Origin: Verrucomicrobiota bacterium | GTDB taxonomy: Bacteria; Verrucomicrobiota; Verrucomicrobiia; Verrucomicrobiales; Verrucomicrobiaceae | NCBI GenBank assembly: GCA_040386955.1 | Contig: JAZKER010000043.1 | Coordinates: 1,847-65,846, forward strand | Direction of reading: 5' to 3' | Length of the DNA stretch: 64,000 nucleotides | Notes under the pieces: generated by a model | The model's input: only the letters and a program-made list of their open reading frames with translations | Databases searched by the model: none | What the model was told of the DNA's origin: nothing | In this document: positions 42,050 to 50,188 of the stretch, piece after piece | Layout: each line of letters begins with the position of its first letter | Numbering within the stretch: the first letter of the stretch is position 1 | Translations under genes and position numbers: made by a program

Positions 42050-42616
42050 TCAGGCGGTGGCGTTCTTCGCCATCTTGGCCAGAATGTCCCCATAATGCTC
42101 CGCCGCGCATTCCGGGCACACCCCGTGGCTGAATCGTGCCTCCGTCCGCGAAGTCACATAATCCTCGATCTCGTGCCAGTTCCCCGCCTCGTCCCGGATG
42201 TCCTTGCAAAAGGAGCACGTCGGCAAAATGCCCTCCAGCGTCCGCACCCGGGCCCGCAGCGCCTGCGTCTGCTGCGAAAGCTTGCCCGCCAGAAACGTGA
42301 TGAACAGCAGCACCCCCAGCCGCAGCACCGCATTCACGATGGCCTCAGGCAGTGTGTAGGGGATGCCCCAGGCATACTGGATGCAAAAACGGATCACGCA
42401 CAAAATCGTCCCCAGGATCAGGGCCGTCCGCAGCCCGCAGTTCCACGACATCAGCGTCACCGGAATCACAAACATAACGGGAAAGAAAATGATCGGCCCT
42501 GACAGGAAATCGAAACACGCCATCACCAGGGCAATACAAAACAACACCCACCGGTTGTTCCAGGGAGCTCGCTCGAAAAAGTACTCAGTAGGGGGTGGCG
42601 GCATACGCTCACTCAT
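42050..42616 (-). CDS. Membrane protein (about 4 TM) with C-terminal CxxC...CPxC zinc-ribbon-like module
   Basis: Four hydrophobic helices, a short coiled linker, then CSFCKDIRDEAGNWHEIEDYVTSRTEARFSHGVCPEC. Confidence 0.6.
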   Translation of the reverse strand: MSERMPPPPTEYFFERAPWNNRWVLFCIALVMACFDFLSGPIIFFPVMFVIPVTLMSWNCGLRTALILGTILCVIRFCIQYAWGIPYTLPEAIVNAVLRLGVLLFITFLAGKLSQQTQALRARVRTLEGILPTCSFCKDIRDEAGNWHEIEDYVTSRTEARFSHGVCPECAAEHYGDILAKMAKNATA

Positions 42617-42882
42617 GCTCGTAACTGCCTAAGGAGCAAGGTTTTAACTCCACACAAGTGTTTATTGAATTCAACTCCGTCTGCCCCAGCAGCACAACCT
42701 CCCCCAAGGAGCGGGACTTGCCAAGTCCCGGCCTTTGAACCTCAGCCCATCTCACGCCCTGGCAGCACAGCCCCACCGCCCGGTCATCCATCTCCGAGCT
42801 TCTCCTGCGCCTCCTTACCACACTTCCTGTTAATCCTGCCATCCTGTGAATCCTGTAAAAAGGGCCACCCACTGCTCCACCC

Positions 42883-44154
42883 TCACCCCATCACGCCCCT
42901 CAGTACCCCCATCTGCGACTTCGCCCGCTCCTCCACATACGCCATCGCCTTCTTCACCTTCGCCTCCGCCGCCGGGTAGTCTTTGTGAATCCCCATCAGG
43001 ATCTCAAACATCTTCTCCGCCGGCGTTGCATCAAACTCCGGCGCCCATTCCTCCAGGCCGATGTCCTTGAACATCCAGCACTTCGGCGAGTGAAACTCCG
43101 AAAACGTGTGCATCATCGGCGTCCCCATCGCCAGGGCCATGATCGGCGTGTGCGGTTCGTGACAGATCACCGTATGCGCCCGCGCATAGAAGGAGCAGGC
43201 CTCGTCCACATTCCAAAATTCGTCAAAGTTCACCACGTGCTTCTTCAGGTCATCCGGCAGCGGATCATAGACAAATTTCTTGTTATACTCCATCTCCTTT
43301 CGCACCTCGGGAGCAATCACCACCTTGTAGCCCGTTTCCTTCACCCACATGGCGATGAGGTCCTGGTAAACTTTCGCGCGACGGGTGTCATCGGCGATGT
43401 TCTCCGGCGTCGGGTTCAGCGGATTCAGCTTCTGCGGCCGTTTGTCATCCACCCCTGGGCTCGTCGGTGAATGCGTGCGCAATTGCAGGGTGATGAATTT
43501 CTTCTCCTCCAGCCCATGCTTCTTCATCCGCGCCAGCGCCTTCTCCTCATCGCGCACATCAATGCCAAAGCAGCCATCCGGGCCGAACTCCAGCACCGGC
43601 GGCTTCACGCCCACGTCCTGCAGCAGCTTCAGCGTCTTGGAATCCCGGCAATAGATGAAGGCCGCACCATTCAGCAGGGCGATGCGTTTCTCCGCATCCT
43701 TGCCCGTCACCATGTCCGGAAAGTACGACTGCCCCTGCAACCCCCACGGTTTGCCGATCTTCTGGCAATAGGCCATGAAATCCGTCGGCTGCCCCATGCC
43801 CGGCCCGCGCAGGAAAAAGTCACTGCGCCCCACCGCCTTTTGCACCGCCCCGTCTTTCTCCGAGAGCGATCCCTTCACGATCTCCAGCTTCGGAAACCGC
43901 TTCATCAGCATCGCATCCACCTCCTCATTCGTGTTCGCCGCCCAGAGAATCATCTTCGCCTCCGGCAGATACTGCTCCAAAAACCGCAACGTCCCCGGTG
44001 TATGCCCAATGTCCCCAATGTTCTTCGTCGCCCAGGCACACTGCAGCAGCACCGTCTTCTGCTTTCCAGTGGATTGGGCAAGAGCCGCAGCAGGCAAGGA
44101 GGCAGCGCCAAGCGCAAGACCGGAGTTTTTGAGGAAGGAACGACGTGAAAGCAT
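42883..44154 (-). CDS. Polysaccharide pyruvyl-transferase-family protein with a twin-arginine signal
   Basis: MLSRRSFLKNSGLALGAASLPAAALA is a consensus SRRxFLK leader. N-terminal NIGDIGH and C-terminal ARAHTVICHEPHTPIMALAMGTPMM resemble PS_pyruv_trans blocks. Confidence 0.6.
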   Translation of the reverse strand: MLSRRSFLKNSGLALGAASLPAAALAQSTGKQKTVLLQCAWATKNIGDIGHTPGTLRFLEQYLPEAKMILWAANTNEEVDAMLMKRFPKLEIVKGSLSEKDGAVQKAVGRSDFFLRGPGMGQPTDFMAYCQKIGKPWGLQGQSYFPDMVTGKDAEKRIALLNGAAFIYCRDSKTLKLLQDVGVKPPVLEFGPDGCFGIDVRDEEKALARMKKHGLEEKKFITLQLRTHSPTSPGVDDKRPQKLNPLNPTPENIADDTRRAKVYQDLIAMWVKETGYKVVIAPEVRKEMEYNKKFVYDPLPDDLKKHVVNFDEFWNVDEACSFYARAHTVICHEPHTPIMALAMGTPMMHTFSEFHSPKCWMFKDIGLEEWAPEFDATPAEKMFEILMGIHKDYPAAEAKVKKAMAYVEERAKSQMGVLRGVMG

Positions 44155-44265
44155 AAGAACAAAAAGTGTAGAACGGATAAAAGGGCAACAACAACCCTAT
44201 TCTTGTCACGGACGTTTCAAACGGAGGGCTGGCCTGAGGTCAGGCAACGGCCCGTCTTTTCAAAA

Positions 44266-46839
44266 TCAGATCCGGCGCAGGATATCGAGCGGTGGATGAT
44301 TGGAAACACCCCGGCTAAGAGCGAGGCCTCCCAGAACGGAGATGGCCGTGGTGGTGACAAAGGCACCCAGCAGTGTCACGACATCCGGCGACGGCGAAGT
44401 TTTGAAAACGTAAACGGCGAGGATAGAAGTAGCTCCCACGGCGAGAAGAGTTCCGGTGAGGGCGGAAAGGAAACCAAGGGTGGCGTACTCGATGACGAGG
44501 ATGGTGCGGACCTGCCGCGCAGATGCGCCGAGCGTTCGGAGCAAGACACTTTCGCGCAGGCGCACATCTCGACCATTGAGCAGCGTGCCCACCACAATGG
44601 GCAACGCAGCGATCAGCGTAAATCCACCCATGATCGTGATGACCCACGAGATCTTCGAGAACAGCGAGCGAATCGTTTCTAAAATCTGGGACAGGTCAAT
44701 GGAGGAGACGTTGGGAAACTCTCGCGTCAGGCCTTGTTGCAGGCGGCCTACCGCGGCTGCATCCGGGGTGCGAGTGGTCACCACATGAAATCCCGGTGCA
44801 CCGTCCAGAGGTCCAGGCGGAAAAACCATGAAGAAGTTGAGGTTAAACCGGCTCCAATCCACTTTTCGGATGCTGGTCACGCGGGCTTCCAGGGTGATGC
44901 CCTGGATATCCAGCGTCAGCGTGTCGCCAAGTTGAAGGCGCATGTCCCCGGCGATTTTTTCTTCGAGCGAGACCGGTATGGGGCCATCTGGACTGGGCAG
45001 GTTCTCATGCCATTCTCCGGCAACCAGAGTTTCACTGGAGTTCAGATTCGCTCGATAGGTGGACCGGAATTCACGGTTGGCAATCCAGCGCGGCACCCCT
45101 TCCGCCTTAGTGACTGGCACGCCTTTGAGGGCCTGGACCCGCATGGTGACCATGGGGGCGGTTTCTAAAACGGGCAGCCCCTGGCTTTTCACCAGCGAAG
45201 TCACGCCTTCGACTTGATCAGGCTGGACGTCGATCAGGTACAGGTTGGGGTTTTCCTGGGTCTCGCTGATGCGGAGACGTTGCTGCAAAAGATCCCCGGC
45301 TAGCAGGATGGTGAGCAGGAGAAAGGTGCCCAGCCCGAGCGAGAGCAGAAACAGCAAGGTCTGGTTGCCGGGTCGATGAAGATTGGAAATGCCCTGCCGC
45401 AGGAGGTAAGGCCAACTTGGCCGGACGATGCGGCGCGTCACAGCCACCAGCACCCGGGCCACCCCAATGACCAGGGCAAAAGCAGCGCCAAGTCCGCCAA
45501 CCAAAAGCACGGCACGTTTCCAGTCCGCATCATTGGTTAGGGATAGCAGGAGCAGCAGGGCGGTGAGAAGCAAATAGACTGGCAACGTGCGGAGGGGGTT
45601 ACCAGGTAAAAAGTTGCCGCTGCGCAGCGTGGCAGCCGGTGAAATGCGATGAATTTTCAGGATAGGGATGAGCGCGAAACCACAGCACACGCCCAGGCCC
45701 GCCAAGGTGGTGCGAAAGACGATGGCCCATTCGGGGGCGACCTCCACAGCTACTGGAAGGCTGTCTTTAAACAAGACCAGCAGGCCGGTTTGCAAAAGCA
45801 CCCCCAGCCCCGCACCCAGGATGGCCCCCAGAAGGGCCAGCGTGGCGCTCTGGGCGATGTAAACGGCTGCGGCGAGCTGCCGTGGCGCGCCGAGACAGCG
45901 CAAGATGGCGATGGTGGTAACGCGCCGATTAATGTGGGACTGCACCGCCCCCGCTACCCCCAGGGCACCGAGGGCCAGGGACGCCAGCGCCAGGATGCCG
46001 AGGTATCGTTGAAACAAATCCAGGGCATCGCCCAGGGTTTCCTGGCGGTCCCCCGGTGTCTCCAGTCGCCAGGACGAGGTGGGGAATTCGCGGCGCAGGT
46101 TTTCCTTCAGCTCGGCAGAGGGAGATTTTTGGGCGGTTTCGAGATGGACCAGATGGGTCACCATGCTGTTGGCGCCGATGAGTCCGCTCTGCTGGATATC
46201 GGACAGGTGAACATACGCCTCGGGGGCGATGCCACTGAAGCGGCTGGCGCGCGGCGGGGAGTTGAGGATGCTGCCGAGAATCTTCAAATGCAGGCGGCCC
46301 AGCTCGATCTCGTCGCCTAGCTTCACCTGGAATTGCTCCAAAAGGGAAGCCTCTAAAAACACGCCGGGCTGATCCGAGCGGCGCTGCCAGGCATCCGCAG
46401 GAAGCGTTTCGATTTTCCCATAATAAGGATACTCGCCTTCGAGGGCGCGCACGTTCACCAGCCGTGCCCCGCCATTGGGGAAGGTCATCATGGATGGGAA
46501 GGCAACCTCGCGAGTGGTCCGGGAGGAAATCTTGGCCAGCTTGTCAAACTCCTCCGCCTTGATCGGCTGCGAGGAAGAGACCTGAAGATCCGAGCCGAGG
46601 AGTTCCTTGGCCTGGGTTTGGATGCCGGTTTCGACACTGCCTTTCAGCGAATGAATGGCGACCAGCGCGGCGATGCCGGAAACGATGGCGAGGGAGAAAA
46701 TGAGCAAGCGCAGGCGCTGTGTGCGGCTGTCCCGCCACGCCATCTGCCAGGTCCAGGGATGCAGCAGGGCAGGGATGAGGTGGGTCGGGAGCGGGCGTGG
46801 ATCAGACGGCATTTTCTTCCTCCGCGATGATCTTCCCAC
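44266..46839 (-). CDS. ABC transporter permease, double FtsX/MacB-type (YbbP-like)
   Basis: About 850 aa with two FtsX-like 4-TM modules separated by large periplasmic domains. It overlaps or abuts the ATPase gene. Start could instead be 46812 or 46743. Confidence 0.85.
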   Translation of the reverse strand: MGRSSRRKKMPSDPRPLPTHLIPALLHPWTWQMAWRDSRTQRLRLLIFSLAIVSGIAALVAIHSLKGSVETGIQTQAKELLGSDLQVSSSQPIKAEEFDKLAKISSRTTREVAFPSMMTFPNGGARLVNVRALEGEYPYYGKIETLPADAWQRRSDQPGVFLEASLLEQFQVKLGDEIELGRLHLKILGSILNSPPRASRFSGIAPEAYVHLSDIQQSGLIGANSMVTHLVHLETAQKSPSAELKENLRREFPTSSWRLETPGDRQETLGDALDLFQRYLGILALASLALGALGVAGAVQSHINRRVTTIAILRCLGAPRQLAAAVYIAQSATLALLGAILGAGLGVLLQTGLLVLFKDSLPVAVEVAPEWAIVFRTTLAGLGVCCGFALIPILKIHRISPAATLRSGNFLPGNPLRTLPVYLLLTALLLLLSLTNDADWKRAVLLVGGLGAAFALVIGVARVLVAVTRRIVRPSWPYLLRQGISNLHRPGNQTLLFLLSLGLGTFLLLTILLAGDLLQQRLRISETQENPNLYLIDVQPDQVEGVTSLVKSQGLPVLETAPMVTMRVQALKGVPVTKAEGVPRWIANREFRSTYRANLNSSETLVAGEWHENLPSPDGPIPVSLEEKIAGDMRLQLGDTLTLDIQGITLEARVTSIRKVDWSRFNLNFFMVFPPGPLDGAPGFHVVTTRTPDAAAVGRLQQGLTREFPNVSSIDLSQILETIRSLFSKISWVITIMGGFTLIAALPIVVGTLLNGRDVRLRESVLLRTLGASARQVRTILVIEYATLGFLSALTGTLLAVGATSILAVYVFKTSPSPDVVTLLGAFVTTTAISVLGGLALSRGVSNHPPLDILRRI

Positions 46840-47527
46840 CCTCCATTTTCACCACGCGCCGGGCTTTCGCGGCTAGGCCGGGGTCATGCGTCACAATCAC
46901 CAGCGCCGTGCCTGCCTCACGATTCAGCCGGAACAGCATCTCCACAATGGGCGCGCTGGTGGCGGCGTCGAGGTTGCCCGTGGGTTCATCGGCCAGGAGG
47001 ATTTTTGGGCGATGCACAAACGCTCGGGCCAGGGCCACGCGTTGCTGCTCGCCGCCCGAAAGCTGGGCGGGGTAATGCCCCAACCGCTTGCCCAGGCCCA
47101 CTTCATGGAGCAGGGCTTCCGCCACTTTTTGGCGACCTGTCTCGCCCCGCAGTTCCAGCGGCACCAGCACGTTCTCCAGGGCGGTCAGTGTTGGGATGAG
47201 TTGGAAGTTTTGGAAAACGAAACCCACCAGCTTATTGCGCAGCGCCGCCCGCGCATCCTGGGAAAGGTTTTCAAAAGCCTGCCCATCGAGTTTCAGGGAG
47301 CCGGATGTGGCATCGTCCAGCCCGGCGCATAGGCCTAACAGCGTGGTCTTGCCACTTCCTGAGGGACCGGTGATCGCCAGCGTGTCGCCCGCATCCAGCG
47401 TCAGGTTGATGTCGTTCAGCACCGTCAGCTCATGCTCGGCACTGCGATAGATTTTTTGGAGCGCCTGGATCTCCAGGATGGGCCGTTTGACAGCCGCAGT
47501 CGATGATTCTAGTCTGGCAGATGACAT
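46802..47527 (-). CDS. ABC transporter ATP-binding protein (YbbA/LolD-like)
   Basis: GPSGSGKTT, LSGGEQQRVALARA, ILLADEPTGNLD, VTHD. Confidence 0.9.
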   Translation of the reverse strand: MSSARLESSTAAVKRPILEIQALQKIYRSAEHELTVLNDINLTLDAGDTLAITGPSGSGKTTLLGLCAGLDDATSGSLKLDGQAFENLSQDARAALRNKLVGFVFQNFQLIPTLTALENVLVPLELRGETGRQKVAEALLHEVGLGKRLGHYPAQLSGGEQQRVALARAFVHRPKILLADEPTGNLDAATSAPIVEMLFRLNREAGTALVIVTHDPGLAAKARRVVKMEGGKIIAEEENAV

Positions 47528-47529
47528 GG

Positions 47530-48180
47530 ATGAAATGGCTGGTGTTCGGACTGCTGATGTCAGTGTCGGGGGGCTGGATGGCTACGTTGCCCGCCCAAAC
47601 CGCAGCCGTAGGAAAAAAAAGAATCGTCGTTTTAGGCGACAGCATCTCCGCCGGCTACGGCCTGGATCGTGATCAAGCCTACCCAGCTTTGTTGCAAAAG
47701 AAAATGGATGCCGAGGGCCTGCCCTATGAGGTGGTGAATGCCGGTGTGAGTGGCGATACCACCGCTGGCGGCCTCCGGCGGATCGACTGGGCCCTGGGCC
47801 CGAAAGGCGCGGACGTGCTGGTGATCGCCCTCGGCGGCAATGACGGCCTGCGCGGCGTCTCCCCCGAACAGACGGAAAAGAATCTGACCGGCATCGTTGC
47901 CAAAGCCCGCGCCAAGAACCCCACCATCAAGATCCTCATCGCCGGCATGCAGATGCCCGATAACCTCGGCCCCAAGTACGTCGAGGCCTTCAAAGCCGTG
48001 TTCCCCAAAGTATCCACCACCGAAAAAACCGACCTCCTCCCCTATCTCCTCGAAGGCGTCGGCGGCGATGAAAAACTCAACCAACCCGACCGCATTCATC
48101 CCACGGCAGAGGGGCAGCAGAAGATTGCCGATTTGGTCTGGGCAAAGCTGAAAGCCATGCTGCCCGAGGCGGCCCATTGA
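47530..48180 (+). CDS. GDSL/SGNH arylesterase-lysophospholipase (TesA-like)
   Basis: Signal peptide, then VVLGDSISAGYG, GGNDG and DRIHP blocks. It is divergent from the ABC ATPase with only 2 nt between the two start codons, the same module order as E. coli tesA-ybbA-ybbP. Confidence 0.85.
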   Translation: MKWLVFGLLMSVSGGWMATLPAQTAAVGKKRIVVLGDSISAGYGLDRDQAYPALLQKKMDAEGLPYEVVNAGVSGDTTAGGLRRIDWALGPKGADVLVIALGGNDGLRGVSPEQTEKNLTGIVAKARAKNPTIKILIAGMQMPDNLGPKYVEAFKAVFPKVSTTEKTDLLPYLLEGVGGDEKLNQPDRIHPTAEGQQKIADLVWAKLKAMLPEAAH

Positions 48181-48229
48181 TCCAAGCCTGTCGAGCAACC
48201 CCTTTTAAGTGAAGAGCGAGGGCACTTGT

Positions 48230-48606
48230 AAACAGGCCGCTTTGGTCTAGAGACGCTCTATCTTCACCATCCGCTTTGGCACAATCCCGATTGACCGGTC
48301 CAGCAGCACCCCTTGTGGAGGAGAAGTCCGCACGGTTCACCGCGACCGGTATCGGCTTGGAGAGGTGGCTTTCACGACTTTCAGCCTACTAAAACTTTTA
48401 TCCGAATTGCATCCGTCTCCTCATTGGTGCTCATCGCCCGGGGAAGAATTTCACCTCCAGCATCTACTACCTCAAAAACCGCAATGTCACTGGTGTATGC
48501 CTAGCGTCCCCAGTATTCTTCGTCCCGAGTCCACACTGGAGCAGGGGGGACCAGTGAACTGCGCGGCAGCAGGCGAGGCCGACGCGGCAAAAAATGCGGC
48601 GTTAGA
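48230..48606 (-). pseudogene. Decayed N-terminal fragment of a paralogue of the 42883-44154 pyruvyl-transferase-like gene
   Basis: Nucleotide-level similarity is visible: 48445-48545 matches 43950-44050 at roughly 75-80 percent. The minus-strand reading LLQCGLGTKNTGDARHTPVTLRFLR** compares with LLQCAWATKNIGDIGHTPGTLRFLEQY. There are in-frame TAG TAG codons at 48464-48469 and several frameshifts. The leader is cut at about 48606 and the C-terminal ~290 codons are missing. Confidence 0.65.
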
Positions 48607-48733
48607 TCAGATGTATAAAGCTAACCGATGAATGAAGAACGTCATCTTTTCGAATTCTCATATTTGCTGTTCCGATCGTTTCAGAAATAGCTTGATATTT
48701 CATTATGCAATGGGAAATCTCTTAAAATACAGA

Positions 48734-48762
48734 TGTTTAGAATTCGGGTGCCTTTATATAAT
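48734..48762 (+). promoter_or_regulatory. Candidate sigma-70-like promoter of the island operon
   Basis: tgttta (48734-48739), 17 nt spacer, then tataat (48757-48762), about 25 nt upstream of the ATG at 48787. No experimental support. Confidence 0.3.
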
Positions 48763-48786
48763 TCCCATTTAGAACCAAGATAAATC

Positions 48787-49707
48787 ATGGCCTGGAGCAC
48801 AGATGACTGGCAAGAATACAATATGTCGCTTGCTGCGCAGTTTCACCGAGGATCGTTTCAAACTATTCCTGACAATCACGGTGGTGATGGTGGATTGGAA
48901 GGATTTTCGAAAGATGATCTCGCCGTTGGCTATCAGTGCTATGTGCCAGAGGAAGATGCCGAGAGTTCATTCGCTACACGAATTCTCAGAAAGATCAATA
49001 GCGACACCCTAAAACTTAAAAAAAACGCTGTTTTTTTCAGTAAATGCCTTGATGCTATCAAATTAAAGCGATGGACACTGATCATACCGGCTGAGTATTT
49101 GAAAGATAATCAATTAACTCAACACGTCGGTGTACGAACGGGCGAAGTACGTTCTTGGGATCTGTCTTTCATCGACAAACAGTTTACCATCACAGTCGGC
49201 TCTGGTGCTGAGTTTGATGGTGTCCGAGATCGTTGTCGTGAGTTTGGTAGAAAAAGAATAAATATACTGACTGAACCTCCTACTGATACCGAGCAAAAAG
49301 AATGGGAGCTTGCTAACGAACCCAAGATGCAATTGCTTGATGACAAGTTGGGTAAATCGAAGCGTCCCCGACTAGCAATTTCAGCTATCCGGTCAGCACT
49401 TGTCCGGAATGCAGTAATTGCTCAAAACGCCTTCAATCGGATAGAAAAAGAGGATCCTGAAGGATGGGAGAGACTAGTTAAAACAAAAAGTGAGAAGAGA
49501 GATGCATTGGAATTGGAAAGTGCGTTGAATACTGCAATCCCTGCGGAATTTATTACAAAGGTAAAAGCCGAATACCAGGCCAGAGCGCTTGAGGTAATGC
49601 CCGCACTGACAGAGGCTGCAGCACGAATACTTGCGGACGAAGCTATCGTGGAGTGGTTATTTGCTTGTCCCCTTAACTTCTTTGAAAGTGAATCTGATGG
49701 AAAGTGA
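48787..49707 (+). CDS. Island gene A: putative effector (LmuA / ABC-3C effector position), N-terminal REase-like motif plus helical C-domain
   Basis: 306 aa. GGDGGLEGF...GYQCY (residues 32-52) resembles Mrr-type DGGIDG...QxK but carries Y in place of K. The C-terminal ~130 aa are predicted helical. It overlaps gene B by 11 nt. Confidence 0.55.
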   Translation: MAWSTDDWQEYNMSLAAQFHRGSFQTIPDNHGGDGGLEGFSKDDLAVGYQCYVPEEDAESSFATRILRKINSDTLKLKKNAVFFSKCLDAIKLKRWTLIIPAEYLKDNQLTQHVGVRTGEVRSWDLSFIDKQFTITVGSGAEFDGVRDRCREFGRKRINILTEPPTDTEQKEWELANEPKMQLLDDKLGKSKRPRLAISAIRSALVRNAVIAQNAFNRIEKEDPEGWERLVKTKSEKRDALELESALNTAIPAEFITKVKAEYQARALEVMPALTEAAARILADEAIVEWLFACPLNFFESESDGK

Positions 49708-50188
49708 TGCCTTAGATCTCCTTACACAATTGGGCGCAACGTTTACTTTTAGAAAACGCCCCATCCCAATTCCTTACGATATGCGAGCAGATTATCGTAT
49801 TGCAATCATACTGCTTATGTTACGCTACTGCGGATGGAAAGGACAGGCTCCTTTAGCAAAACTACATGTTCTAAATTGGGCACACAGAACAACAGACGGT
49901 CAACGTGCCTTATTGGATCGCCTTGATGGCAATTTGCACATGAGGGGCATCCAGATAAAGTTTGATCCGGCTTTTAGTCGCGCTATCGACTTGTCGCGGG
50001 GCGAAGGTTTAATAGAACGGACAGAATCTCATGCTTTAGTCCTGACTCCGTCAGGCAATGCTTGGCTGGATGAAATTGAAAGCGATGCTTCATGTCTAGT
50101 ACAGGAAAGAAATTTTTTCGAATCAGTTGGCATGCGGCTTAAAAACTCAATACTTAAATCCATTCTTAACCCTTCTTCAATATGGTGA
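49697..50188 (+). CDS. Island gene B: small middle component (LmuC/DdmB / ABC-3C MC position), probable winged-helix
   Basis: 163 aa starting at MESDALDL, inside the track ORF 49631-50188. The segment GEGLIERTESHALVLTPSGNAWL looks like a wHTH wing. Its stop overlaps the gene C start (ATGGTGA). Confidence 0.5.
   Translation: MESDALDLLTQLGATFTFRKRPIPIPYDMRADYRIAIILLMLRYCGWKGQAPLAKLHVLNWAHRTTDGQRALLDRLDGNLHMRGIQIKFDPAFSRAIDLSRGEGLIERTESHALVLTPSGNAWLDEIESDASCLVQERNFFESVGMRLKNSILKSILNPSSIW

Noticed and set aside
48077-48631. ORFs 48077-48340 (-) and 48365-48631 (+) as real genes
   Set aside because: Both lie on the decayed pyruvyl-transferase-like fragment. The minus ORF is a surviving frame piece of the pseudogene and the plus ORF is its antisense shadow.
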